A stretch of DNA of 64,000 nt from an uncultured Bacteroidales bacterium (GTDB taxonomy: Bacteria; Bacteroidota; Bacteroidia; Bacteroidales; F082), in assembly GCA_947303055.1 (NCBI GenBank), contig CAMYXV010000001.1:3961-67960 (forward strand), read 5' to 3'. Position numbers and translations under genes: made by a program. This document shows positions 16,931 through 27,228 of this stretch, one piece after another (within the stretch, counting starts at the first letter, position 1; each line of letters starts with the position of its first letter). The notes beneath the pieces are model-generated. The model was given only the letters and a program-made list of their open reading frames with translations, was not told the origin of the DNA and made no database searches.

Positions 16931-18469
16931 ATGGCAACGACATCACGTATAGAAAATACAACCCGAAATATGACTTTCGCCACGATTTCTCAAATTGTGA
17001 CCATTGGTCTTAATGTGATTAGTCGTGCTGTTTTTGTCAGAGTTTTGGCCGCTGAATATATGGGATTAAGCGGTTTGTTCTCAAATGTATTAGGCTTATT
17101 GTCGCTTGCAGAGCTGGGTATAGGAGCTGCTATTACTTATAGTTTATACGCACCAATAAAAAATGACGACCATGAAAAAATCAAGTCATTTATGCGTCTA
17201 TATAAAATGACGTATTGGGCTATCGGTATTTTCATATTCGTTGTCGGTTTATGCCTAACTCCTTTTATTGACAGTTTTATTAAAGAACGCCCTAATATTC
17301 CTTATCTTGAGTTGATTTTTATACTATTTGTTGTTCAATCGTCAAGCTCTTATTTCTTTAGCTATAAGACTCATTTCTTTACAGCAACCCAAAACGATTA
17401 TATACTTCAAAAGTACAAGATAGTTTTTTCTTTTATCCAGGTTGTACTACAAATATTTTATTTGTTAGTGTTCAAGGAATATTTCGGCTTTTTGATAATA
17501 GGTATTGTATTCCCATTTATAAACAATGTCTATGCATCAGTTAAAGTTGATGAAAAGTATCCTTACCTAAAAGAGAAAGCTAAAAAACTATCATCTGAAG
17601 AATTAAAACCTGTCAAAAAGAATGTATTAGCGCTTTTTTTATACAAGATAGCCCAAAAACTATCAGCTACAATAGATACAATTATTGTGTCCAAATTCAT
17701 GGGTATTATCGAAGTGGCTATATATTATAATTACCACTATATCCTTGCATTTGCTGATATGTTTTTCATTCAAATACTTGGTGCTATTACGCCTTCGCTT
17801 GGTAATCTTTTGGTGGATGATGACAATGAGAAAAAAGTAAAAACATTTGGTACGCTTCAATTCGTCTATTACTGGGTTGGAACTTATATGGGCGTTGGTT
17901 TCATTGTGCTATTTAATACATTTGTTAATATTTGGCTCGGCCCCGATTATTTATTTCCTCAGGCCATTGTAATAGCACTTGCTATAAGCACTACGGTTAC
18001 AAATTTCCAACGACCATGTTCTCTGATGCGTGATGCGGGGGGGCTGTTTTGGTATGGGAAGTTGCGCCCCGTTGCTTCAATGATTATTAATGTTGTGGCA
18101 TCTATCTTGCTTGTTAAACTTATTGGGACAATAGGCGTTGTAATAGGGACAATTCTCTCAAAAGTTTTGACATACACATGGTATGACCCCTACATTGTTT
18201 ATAAACATGCAATTAAAGGCTCATTGAAAAAGTACTTTATTAAATATTTGTTCCATTGGGGCATTTTCGCAGCATTTGCTTTTGGATGCGATTATTTGTA
18301 CAAACTCACTTCATTAAATGGAGTTTTAGGGCTAATTGTAGGATTTTTGATCGTAACGTTAATTGTCAATGGCGGTTTCATATTGATGTTCAGGAATAGC
18401 TATGATTATAATTACCTTAAAGACAATGTATTTAGAACAGCACTCGTAAAGTTAAAGATACACAAATAG
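16931..18469 (+). CDS. wzx: oligosaccharide flippase (Wzx / polysaccharide biosynthesis protein family)
   Basis: 512 aa multi-pass membrane protein with MOP/Wzx-like organisation, in a polysaccharide-locus context. Confidence 0.75.
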   Translation: MATTSRIENTTRNMTFATISQIVTIGLNVISRAVFVRVLAAEYMGLSGLFSNVLGLLSLAELGIGAAITYSLYAPIKNDDHEKIKSFMRLYKMTYWAIGIFIFVVGLCLTPFIDSFIKERPNIPYLELIFILFVVQSSSSYFFSYKTHFFTATQNDYILQKYKIVFSFIQVVLQIFYLLVFKEYFGFLIIGIVFPFINNVYASVKVDEKYPYLKEKAKKLSSEELKPVKKNVLALFLYKIAQKLSATIDTIIVSKFMGIIEVAIYYNYHYILAFADMFFIQILGAITPSLGNLLVDDDNEKKVKTFGTLQFVYYWVGTYMGVGFIVLFNTFVNIWLGPDYLFPQAIVIALAISTTVTNFQRPCSLMRDAGGLFWYGKLRPVASMIINVVASILLVKLIGTIGVVIGTILSKVLTYTWYDPYIVYKHAIKGSLKKYFIKYLFHWGIFAAFAFGCDYLYKLTSLNGVLGLIVGFLIVTLIVNGGFILMFRNSYDYNYLKDNVFRTALVKLKIHK

Positions 18470-18477
18470 ATAGTATT

Positions 18478-19533
18478 ATGAAGATAGGTATTTTAACGGC
18501 AACGCGAACTGATAACAATGGCACAGATCTTCAAGCATTGGCGATGCTCAATATGTTTCGAAGGTTAGGAGCCGGTGATGTTGAATTAATTGATTATGTG
18601 TGCCAAGGGTTGGAATCATCCAGATATTTGCTTAAACCACTCTCTTTACGTAAGATATTATATTATCCTATTAAATTGTGTTTGCATTATAAACACGTTC
18701 GCTTCCGAGATCTATATTTTAAAAAATCGTCAACAAAGTTTAATCAAGAAACATTGGCCACTGCACAATACGAAAAAATAGTGGTGGGAAGTGACCAAAT
18801 ATGGAACTTAATTATAACAGATAATGACCTTTCGTTTTTTTTGCCTTTTGAAAGAAAAGGTCTTAGAAAATACTCTTATGCTGCCTCAATAGGGCGAGAT
18901 GACATTCATTCATGGGAAAGCAAGTTTTTATTATCAGAAAAACTGAATGATTTTCAGACCGTTTCCGTTCGTGAAGATTCTGCGGTTAAAACCCTTTCTG
19001 AAATTGGAATCACAGCACGACATGATTTGGATCCTATTTTAATGGGAAGCGTTGATGATTGGAAAGGGTTTATTAAGAGAACAAGAAATGAGAAATATAT
19101 GGTTATCTATTTTATGGATTCCCATTCATCAGCATGGAGTAAAGCAAAAGAATTAGCGAAAATAAAAGGTTGGGATGTTATCAATATTAACCCTGTTTTA
19201 AGAAGTTATGGTGGTGTTAGTACTCTTCGATGTGTGGGCGTGGACGAGTGGTTAAGTCTTATCGCCAATGCTGAAATGATATTTACTAGTTCTTACCATT
19301 GCTTGTCTTTCGCTATCCTATTTAACAAATCATTCTGTTTGGTTCCAGAAGATAATTCGGTTCAAAACAATGCAAGGATGATTGATTTGGTAAATAGAGT
19401 TGGTTTGCAGAAATGTATATATAATCAGTCGTATGACTATTCTCAAATAATTGATTGGGGCTCGGTGAACACAGTTGTCGGTGAATTGCGAAGGAAATCA
19501 GAAGAATATGTAAGATTAATTATAAACAATTGA
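18478..19533 (+). CDS. polysaccharide pyruvyl transferase family protein
   Basis: MKIGILT...NNGTDLQALAM N-terminus and IFTSSYHCLSFAILFNKSF motif. Confidence 0.75.
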   Translation: MKIGILTATRTDNNGTDLQALAMLNMFRRLGAGDVELIDYVCQGLESSRYLLKPLSLRKILYYPIKLCLHYKHVRFRDLYFKKSSTKFNQETLATAQYEKIVVGSDQIWNLIITDNDLSFFLPFERKGLRKYSYAASIGRDDIHSWESKFLLSEKLNDFQTVSVREDSAVKTLSEIGITARHDLDPILMGSVDDWKGFIKRTRNEKYMVIYFMDSHSSAWSKAKELAKIKGWDVININPVLRSYGGVSTLRCVGVDEWLSLIANAEMIFTSSYHCLSFAILFNKSFCLVPEDNSVQNNARMIDLVNRVGLQKCIYNQSYDYSQIIDWGSVNTVVGELRRKSEEYVRLIINN

Positions 19534-20351
19534 ATATGAATATAAGAAAAGAAGTAAATAAATATCCTCGGTTTGTCAGGTTTATAAGGTTTATATATCA
19601 TGATATACTGGAAGGTTTTTTCAATGGTTATTATTGGTTTATGATTCGTTATCGCTTGTCTATTCATAATAATGAAGTAAATAAGCTGAAAGAGATGGGG
19701 TTTGAAGATGTTATAATCTTTAAATCAAGAACTTGGCGAATTGGTAAGGGCTTGGACAAGGCTTATCGAAGGTATTATACAGCTAATTATCAACACAACC
19801 CTTGTTTTATTAAGATTGCTGAGAACGATAAAACCATACAAAATGAAATTATAACGGCAAATCGCATTAAGAAGGAGAATTGGAATTTTACCCCCTCCAT
19901 TTTGATTGCAGACCCCTGTTTTATGGGAAAGAGAAAATTATTGGCAGTTTCTTTTACAGATGGTCTCCATCCTATTCCAAATAACATCACTTCAGATAAT
20001 TTAAAGATATTATGTGCTCAATTTGTTCAAATACATGAATCTTTGATTAAGGCTCATTTAGTACACGCAGATATTCATAGAGGTAATCTAATGTTAAATT
20101 CGGCTAACCATTTGGTGTTGCTTGACTTCGGAATAAGTAAGTTTCTTAACGAAGATAACGAAATAGATTATAAGGCCCGTCCAGGAACTTTCTATAAAAA
20201 GACCGAACAAGGTCGTATATATGACGATGCATATTCTTTTCTAAAGATGATCGAAAAATTGCCAGCTTGTGCAACGATTGATAAAAGTGATGAATATAAG
20301 ACCATTGTTAATCGCATAGGATTAGCTCAGTTCGAAGTAAAAATAAATTAG
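19530..20351 (+). CDS. protein-kinase-like phosphotransferase
   Basis: Catalytic loop HADIHRGNLML and LLDFGISKF (DFG). ATGA-type overlap with the upstream gene. Confidence 0.65.
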   Translation: MNMNIRKEVNKYPRFVRFIRFIYHDILEGFFNGYYWFMIRYRLSIHNNEVNKLKEMGFEDVIIFKSRTWRIGKGLDKAYRRYYTANYQHNPCFIKIAENDKTIQNEIITANRIKKENWNFTPSILIADPCFMGKRKLLAVSFTDGLHPIPNNITSDNLKILCAQFVQIHESLIKAHLVHADIHRGNLMLNSANHLVLLDFGISKFLNEDNEIDYKARPGTFYKKTEQGRIYDDAYSFLKMIEKLPACATIDKSDEYKTIVNRIGLAQFEVKIN

Positions 20352-20356
20352 AAATC

Positions 20357-21406
20357 ATGAAAATAGAATTATTGACTATTTGGCACGAAATGAATTACGG
20401 TGCAGAATTGCAGGCGTATGCTACAGTCAAAATGCTTCAACAGCTTGGTCATCAAGTAGAAATGATAAATATTCAGTTGGCTGATTGCCATGTGTCTAAT
20501 GTTAGAGGTAAACTAGCTAATATGGTCTCCTTTTTTGGACCTGTTTCTAAAAAATATAATTCGTTTTGGAATAAACACATTCCAGTCACACGAAGGTATC
20601 ACACTATTGATGAGATTCAATCAATGCCCCCGAAAGGTGATGTTTATATGGTGGGAAGTGATCAGGTATGGAACCCAGAACTAACTGGTGATTTTGCGAA
20701 ACTTTTTTTCCTTGATTTTGGCGACAATAATGTTCGTCGTATCAGTTATGCATCAAGTTTTGGCACATCTGAATGGATGGCTCCTGAACTAACCGAGGAT
20801 GTAAGAAGTTTATTACAACGATTTGACCATATCAGTTGTCGTGAATTAAGCGGTGTTAGAATCCTCAAAGAAACATTTGAAAAGGAATCAACACTGGTTC
20901 TTGACCCAACCCTTTTATTTAAAAACTATAGGGAATTAACAGGCTCATTGAACCAACAAAAGTCGTTGGTCTTTTATCCTTTATATGATGACCCTGAATT
21001 AGGTGAATATGCATCCGTCCTTGCTGAACGATTACATTTGAAACTTGTTAATAACAAAAAAACAACCACGGTATTAGGGAAAATCACTTGGGATCGTGTG
21101 GGTATTGAAGAGTGGGTAAAAAACATTGCGGAATCTCAATTTGTATTGACGCGCTCTTTTCATGGCTTGGTATTTAGTTTGTTGTATAAAAAACCTTTCG
21201 CCATAATAGCAAATAGAAATAATCGTGGAACCCGGGTGTTGAATCTTCTTGAACAGCTTGGACTGTCGGATAGGTATTATAGAAGTTTTGAGGATTGTGA
21301 TAATGCACAACCTTGGAATAAGGTCATAGATTATGATGCCGTTCATGCTAAAATAGAATTGCTAAGAACAAAATCCATAGATTATCTAAAAAACGCACTT
21401 AAATGA
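20357..21406 (+). CDS. polysaccharide pyruvyl transferase family protein
   Basis: NYGAELQAYAT and LTRSFHGLVFSLLYKKPF motifs. Paralogous to 18478-19533. Confidence 0.75.
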   Translation: MKIELLTIWHEMNYGAELQAYATVKMLQQLGHQVEMINIQLADCHVSNVRGKLANMVSFFGPVSKKYNSFWNKHIPVTRRYHTIDEIQSMPPKGDVYMVGSDQVWNPELTGDFAKLFFLDFGDNNVRRISYASSFGTSEWMAPELTEDVRSLLQRFDHISCRELSGVRILKETFEKESTLVLDPTLLFKNYRELTGSLNQQKSLVFYPLYDDPELGEYASVLAERLHLKLVNNKKTTTVLGKITWDRVGIEEWVKNIAESQFVLTRSFHGLVFSLLYKKPFAIIANRNNRGTRVLNLLEQLGLSDRYYRSFEDCDNAQPWNKVIDYDAVHAKIELLRTKSIDYLKNALK

Positions 21407-22587
21407 ATATTTGTTTTATGACATATTTCCCCATGATTCCATATCGTGGTGGAGTTCAACGTGTGACTACAATATTGAGTCATGAATTGGTGCGCAGAGG
21501 GCATAATGTATGTTTTTTGTGCTATGACGCTAGTAGAGATAATCAAATGTTGGAAAGAGAAATTGAATTTCCACAATATTATTTGGATATTTCATCAAAT
21601 AATAGGGGAAAAATAGGTGTCCTAATTCATAATTTTTTAGTTGAACACAAGATTGACTATTTAATAAGCCAAGAACAGGATAAGGGAAGTGAATTGTTAT
21701 TGGAGGTGATTGATAATAGTGTTTCTGTGATATCTGTGCATCATGTAGTTCCATTAGCGGGGCGGTATGCGACTAGAAAGAGTATAATACGAATGCCAAG
21801 TGACACATTGAGAATGATTATTATTAAAACTATTGCATTAATTAGCCCCCGGTTTTTTTCTTGGTACCGGATCAAAAAAGAGCGTAATGTTTTTAATAAG
21901 GTTATTCGCTATTCTGATAAATTTGTCTTTATTTCAGAACGTCATCTTAAACGTGTGTTGGAATGCATGCCCAATGTCCCTAGTTCCAAATTAGCCGCTA
22001 TCAACAATCCAAATACATTTGACACGAACAATCCTGTTTTTTTTGAAACAAAGAAAAATATCATTCTATGGGTTGGAAGGGTTGATGCTAATAAAAATTG
22101 TATGGATTTTATTAAAGCATGGAAGATGTTTTCAAAAACTAATTCTGATTGGGAGGCAATGGTTGCAGGAGAAGGACCTTTATTATCAGAATGTAAACAA
22201 TGGGCAGATTCTCATAAAGTAGATAGGATTACTTTTTGGGGGAATTATAAAAATATGATAGATCTATATAGGATAGCTAAAATATTTGTTTCAACATCAT
22301 ATAGCGAATCATGGGGTATGTCTTTGACCGAGGCTATGTCTATGGGGTGCGTACCCTGTGTTTATAATACTTATGAGACACTAGCAGATATTATTAAGGA
22401 TGGTGTTGATGGGATACTTTGTGAACCTAAACCCAGTCAATTAGCATATGCTTTGGCTAAGATTGCATGTGATGAAATAGGGATGGCCTCAATGGCTGCT
22501 GCTGCTCGGATTTCAGTGTCGCGTTTTTCTGTGTCAAATATATGTGACCAATGGGAAGAATTGTTGTTTACTAATAAAACGAAATAG
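21403..22587 (+). CDS. glycosyltransferase family 4 (GT-B)
   Basis: SYSESWGMSLTEAMSMGCVPCV (E-x7-E region). Confidence 0.8.
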   Translation: MNICFMTYFPMIPYRGGVQRVTTILSHELVRRGHNVCFLCYDASRDNQMLEREIEFPQYYLDISSNNRGKIGVLIHNFLVEHKIDYLISQEQDKGSELLLEVIDNSVSVISVHHVVPLAGRYATRKSIIRMPSDTLRMIIIKTIALISPRFFSWYRIKKERNVFNKVIRYSDKFVFISERHLKRVLECMPNVPSSKLAAINNPNTFDTNNPVFFETKKNIILWVGRVDANKNCMDFIKAWKMFSKTNSDWEAMVAGEGPLLSECKQWADSHKVDRITFWGNYKNMIDLYRIAKIFVSTSYSESWGMSLTEAMSMGCVPCVYNTYETLADIIKDGVDGILCEPKPSQLAYALAKIACDEIGMASMAAAARISVSRFSVSNICDQWEELLFTNKTK

Positions 22588-22589
22588 AA

Positions 22590-23846
22590 ATGACAATGAA
22601 ATGGCTTAAAGAGAACGATAAAGCAAAGCAAGGGAAATATATATTATATTTTCTATGGCCGTTCGGTGCTTGGGTTTATAGTTTAAAAGAACCAAGAAGC
22701 AAATCAACTTATGTTGTTTTTTTCTTATTTTCTGTGTTATTATTATGGCACATGGCACCAGCCGGCGTTAGTGGTGATTATCATGACTTCTTAGGTGTAT
22801 TAGATGAATTTAATTCCATTGATTTGACCACTAGTGAGTTTGTTGATGAAGTAATTGCTTTTTTCACTTTTTCGGATAATGCACCAAAAGAGCTGTATGG
22901 TGATTTTTTAACCTGGTTCACAAAACTCTTCACAAATAATTACCATTTTTTCTTTTTATTAGCGGCAATTCCAGTTGCTTTGTTTCAGTTAAAGAGTTTA
23001 CGATTAGTGACGTCTGATGATTGTTTTCAACCAGGATTTTATGCTATTGTTTCATTAATGCTGATGATACTTCCTCGTGATATGATTTCTGTACAAAATC
23101 CGAGGTTTACTACCGGTTTTTGGCTGTTTGTCTGTTGTGCATTATATTTGTTTAACTCAAAAAAAATTAAAATTAAATACCTGTTTCCTTTGCTATTACT
23201 GCCTGTTTTCCATTCGGGTATGTGGCTTGCAACAATTATGGTTGTGTTTTTTTTAATCATCCCCAAAAATATAAGAGTATTGGAAATATTGGCAATTGGT
23301 TCAATTCCTTTTGTTTTCATTGATCCGGAAATCATGCCTTCTTATGACTTGGGATTTCTACCAAGCAAGCTTGCAAGTTGGGTGGATACCTACACGTCAG
23401 ATGAGGCGTATGCCAATCTGGTTATGCACGAAGGTAAAGCTGGTTTTTATTTTGTAGGGCAAGTGATTTCTATAGGAACAAAAGTTTTGTATATCATTAT
23501 GGCCGTTCAAGTGATTAGAAACAAGCAAACTTTAATAAGTAGAGAAAATGGTTATGCATTTTACCCTTTCTTTCTATTAACCTTTTTCATAGTTAATATG
23601 ATTCAATTCGTCCCAGAATTAGGAAGTAGATATTATGGGGTATTAAGAATATTTACTTTTTTTATTTGGTATAAAACTTTTCATTTTTCTCGTCCAGCTA
23701 TTTATAATTTGTTATTTGTTTCTTGTGCTTGGAAAATGTTGTTTAGGTATGGTTATGTATTGGGTGGCGCTTTGTCGGTTAATATGCCGCCTGATATTTT
23801 TGTTACCCCGCTGCCTTATCTTATTGGAAAGGGATTGTGGTGGTAA
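22590..23846 (+). CDS. putative Wzy-type polysaccharide polymerase (EpsG-like multi-pass membrane protein)
   Basis: 418 aa, highly hydrophobic, about 10 or more predicted helices. Position is typical for a polymerase. Confidence 0.6.
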   Translation: MTMKWLKENDKAKQGKYILYFLWPFGAWVYSLKEPRSKSTYVVFFLFSVLLLWHMAPAGVSGDYHDFLGVLDEFNSIDLTTSEFVDEVIAFFTFSDNAPKELYGDFLTWFTKLFTNNYHFFFLLAAIPVALFQLKSLRLVTSDDCFQPGFYAIVSLMLMILPRDMISVQNPRFTTGFWLFVCCALYLFNSKKIKIKYLFPLLLLPVFHSGMWLATIMVVFFLIIPKNIRVLEILAIGSIPFVFIDPEIMPSYDLGFLPSKLASWVDTYTSDEAYANLVMHEGKAGFYFVGQVISIGTKVLYIIMAVQVIRNKQTLISRENGYAFYPFFLLTFFIVNMIQFVPELGSRYYGVLRIFTFFIWYKTFHFSRPAIYNLLFVSCAWKMLFRYGYVLGGALSVNMPPDIFVTPLPYLIGKGLWW

Positions 23847-23915
23847 TATTTCAAAGGGGAACTCTATAGAAAATTTGAAATCAGGTTTTATTAACACAAT
23901 TGAATAAATAGTACA

Positions 23916-24986
23916 ATGAGAATTTTGTGTTTAATCGAGTCACTTGGTTCTGGAGGAGCAGAACGACAGCTGACAGGTTTGGCTGTGATGTTGAAACAGC
24001 AAGGTATTGAAGTTGAAGTTGCATATTACATCAAGGAAGAATTTTATCTTGGCTTTTTACAAGAAAATAACGTAAGTGTCCAATATTTACCTAAGGCGGC
24101 AAGCGTTTATAAGCGTTTTTTTGTGCTAAAAGAATACATTCGCACGAAAAACCCTGATGTTGTAGTGTCATATTCACCAGCCACAAGCATGATAACTGGT
24201 TTGCTGAAAGCACTTGGCGCCAAGTTCAAATTGATTGCTTCGGAGCGTAACACCACCCAAAGCCTCAGCAGACGTGAAAAGAGTAAGTTCTTCTTTTGCC
24301 GTTGGGCAGATGTGATTGTGCCTAACTCATACGCACAAGGGGCTTTCATCAAAAAGCATTACCCAAAATACGAATCAAAAGTTAGTGTGATTACCAACTT
24401 TGTGGATACCGACTTTTTCTGTCCAGAGGGAGAAAAGATGTTTGACTCCCAGACTTGTAGGATGGCTTGTGTGAGCCGCTTGGCAGCACAAAAAAATGTA
24501 TTGGGTTTCATTGATGTGGTGAAGCGGCTGAAAGATGAAAACGTACCCGTTCAGATTGACTGGTATGGTAGCACCAATACGGACTATGGTCAGAAATGTA
24601 TGGACAAAGCTAAGAACCTTGGTCTTGATGGTATAATATGCTTCAAAGGTGAGACCAATGATATACGCACGGTCTATCGTCAGTATGACGTAATGTGTCT
24701 TCCGTCATTCTACGAGGGATTCCCCAATGTGGTATGCGAAGCTATGAGTTGTGGCACCCCTATTCTATGCGGCAATGTGTGCGACAATGGCTATATCGTA
24801 ACAGATGGCGAAAACGGACTGCTGTTTGACCCCAAGAGCGTGGATGATATGATTGAGAAGATTAAAGCATTTGTGTCAATGACCGCAGAGCAGCGCAAAG
24901 CGATGAGTGAAGCCAACAGGCATAAAGCCTTGGGACTATTCTCTACTACAGCTTTTATTGAGAAATACAGAAAGATAATATTATAA
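23916..24986 (+). CDS. glycosyltransferase family 4
   Basis: LIESLGSGGAERQL and YEGFPNVVCEAMSCGTPIL. Confidence 0.85.
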   Translation: MRILCLIESLGSGGAERQLTGLAVMLKQQGIEVEVAYYIKEEFYLGFLQENNVSVQYLPKAASVYKRFFVLKEYIRTKNPDVVVSYSPATSMITGLLKALGAKFKLIASERNTTQSLSRREKSKFFFCRWADVIVPNSYAQGAFIKKHYPKYESKVSVITNFVDTDFFCPEGEKMFDSQTCRMACVSRLAAQKNVLGFIDVVKRLKDENVPVQIDWYGSTNTDYGQKCMDKAKNLGLDGIICFKGETNDIRTVYRQYDVMCLPSFYEGFPNVVCEAMSCGTPILCGNVCDNGYIVTDGENGLLFDPKSVDDMIEKIKAFVSMTAEQRKAMSEANRHKALGLFSTTAFIEKYRKIIL

Positions 24987-26167
24987 TGAAAAAATTATAT
25001 TTGTTTACAGTAAAATATCCTTTTACGATCGATACTGAATGTTTCTTGGATGATGAAATAAAATACCTATCTCAGGTTTTTGATAGTATTGAAATCATTC
25101 CGCTACAGTTTGAAACGGCAGAAAAGAAACTTCTTCCAAAAAATTGTCAAGCCGTTTTACCGGTTTTCTCCAATAAGCTCTCATTCTTATTTAATGGACT
25201 GTTTAATTGGAGGGCCTTCCGCAAGATGTTCCCTCTTTTATTCAAGAACGACACTTTAACAGACAAGGTGCATCGTAGTGATTGGATAAAGGCATATACC
25301 ACTGCAACAAATTTGCTGAACAACAAAGAAGTCAAGCGAATTGAGCGAAACTTACAGACATCGGATGTATGTTACTTCTATTGGGGTAAATGGAGTAATT
25401 TGTTAGCCTATTTTTGGAAAGATAAGTGCCATTTAGTATCGCGGTTTCATGGTCAAGGCGATTTATGGGAGGAGGATCATAGAGGGTTTGTTCCTATGCG
25501 AAAAGAGGTTGTTGAATCATTAGATGCGGCTGTCATTATCTCTTATAAAGGAGAAAAGTATTTTAAAGAAAAATATCCAGAAAGTAAAACTAAAGTATTC
25601 CCATTAGGTTCAAATGACATTACTTATATGATCCCAGAAAAATCAGAAGTAGTCAAAGTGTTAAGTTGCTCTACGGTGTCATTGCTGAAAAGGGTTACAT
25701 TGATATACCAATCGCTACTTGAAATTAAAGACTTGAAAATAGAATGGACCCATATTGGTGACGGGGCGGAAATGGAAAATCTCAAAGTATTGATAGCAGA
25801 GAGAAAACATGACAATGTGAAAGTTAAGCTGATGGGGTTGATGCAACACGAAGATGTGTTAGATTATTATACAAAGAATAGTTTTAACGTTTTTATTAAT
25901 TTGAGCACGAACGAAGGAGTCCCTGTTTCCATTATGGAAGCCATTTGTTGTAATATCCCCATTGTGGCCACTAACGTGGGTGGCAATTCAGAGATTGTTA
26001 CTTCAGAGACAGGTCTGCTGGTAAGCGCCAACCCAACACCGCAAGAGGTAGCCGAGGCTATCACGGCTGTGGTGAAAGGCCATTATACCCCACGAGAGTA
26101 CTGGGTCAATCACTACAACGCAGAAAAAAACTATACAGCATTTGCACAATTTTTAACCAACTTATAA
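24986..26167 (+). CDS. glycosyltransferase (GT-B fold)
   Basis: STNEGVPVSIMEAICCNIPIVATNVGGNSEIV. Confidence 0.75.
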   Translation: MKKLYLFTVKYPFTIDTECFLDDEIKYLSQVFDSIEIIPLQFETAEKKLLPKNCQAVLPVFSNKLSFLFNGLFNWRAFRKMFPLLFKNDTLTDKVHRSDWIKAYTTATNLLNNKEVKRIERNLQTSDVCYFYWGKWSNLLAYFWKDKCHLVSRFHGQGDLWEEDHRGFVPMRKEVVESLDAAVIISYKGEKYFKEKYPESKTKVFPLGSNDITYMIPEKSEVVKVLSCSTVSLLKRVTLIYQSLLEIKDLKIEWTHIGDGAEMENLKVLIAERKHDNVKVKLMGLMQHEDVLDYYTKNSFNVFINLSTNEGVPVSIMEAICCNIPIVATNVGGNSEIVTSETGLLVSANPTPQEVAEAITAVVKGHYTPREYWVNHYNAEKNYTAFAQFLTNL

Positions 26168-26175
26168 ATAAGATT

Positions 26176-27156
26176 ATGCGAGACCGTTCACTTGACCTTG
26201 GCAAAGGTTTGGCTATTTTATTTGTCTACATAGGGCATAGCATATTGTATCACCCAATTAATATTGGAGCAATACCTTGGTGTAGGGTGTTGGCTGATAT
26301 GATCACATCGTTTAATATGCCTATGTTTTTTATTATTTCAGGATATCTCTTTTCGAAGACGAGAAAGAGTACGGCTGAATTGTATAAAGGAAAAACAATG
26401 CGTATTCTAATACCTTATCTTTTTACAATGTTAATACTTGTTTGTGCAAAATTAGTACTTCCAACTTCCATGTCATATAATACAGCAGCCGAAGGTGGTC
26501 TTAAATCACTAATTATGAATGCATTGTTTTATGGTGGCGATAGATGGTTTGTTTATACGCTCTTTATTATGTTCATGCTACTTATACCTGTTAGAGGTCA
26601 GTTGAAGAACAAATGGTTTGACATTGCGGTAATCGGTGTGTTGACAGTAGTGTATTTTATGAAATTTATGCCTACAATATTCGCTTTGGAAAAAGTATTT
26701 TACTATATGGTTTTTTTTATAGCGGGTTACCTGCTTGACAAACATTATCCAGCAATCAAGGCTTGGTCGTTAAAATTCTGGTGGTTTGTTTATTTTGTTT
26801 TTCTTTTGGCAAATATTGTATTTGTTAGGCAATTATGCCATTTCCCATTTGTGTTTCGTTTCATACTTCCATTTTCTGGTTCTTTGGCGGTTATGACTAT
26901 GGCATTCCAGTTGGAAAAGGTAATTGACAAGAGCAAAGTTGCACAGTATATCGAGTATTGTGGAAAATATTCGTTGCAATTCTATCTGTTTACCTTCTGC
27001 TATCCTTTGATTCGCTGGGGCATTGTTTCCGTACTTCATATTACAAATCCATTTGTCATCCTGTCATCGGTATTCGTACTGCAATTGATTACTATTACTA
27101 TTATAGTCGAGGTAACACGGCGGATTAAATGGTTGAAAATACCTTGTGGATATTAA
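26176..27156 (+). CDS. acyltransferase family 3 (membrane O-acetyltransferase)
   Basis: RSLDLGKGLAILFVYIGH N-terminus and about 10 hydrophobic helices. Confidence 0.8.
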   Translation: MRDRSLDLGKGLAILFVYIGHSILYHPINIGAIPWCRVLADMITSFNMPMFFIISGYLFSKTRKSTAELYKGKTMRILIPYLFTMLILVCAKLVLPTSMSYNTAAEGGLKSLIMNALFYGGDRWFVYTLFIMFMLLIPVRGQLKNKWFDIAVIGVLTVVYFMKFMPTIFALEKVFYYMVFFIAGYLLDKHYPAIKAWSLKFWWFVYFVFLLANIVFVRQLCHFPFVFRFILPFSGSLAVMTMAFQLEKVIDKSKVAQYIEYCGKYSLQFYLFTFCYPLIRWGIVSVLHITNPFVILSSVFVLQLITITIIVEVTRRIKWLKIPCGY

Positions 27157-27228
27157 TAATGGTTAAAGGTTAGTTGGTGATTGATGATTATGTTTGAATT
27201 ATTTGTACGAGATTTAAAAAGATAAATA

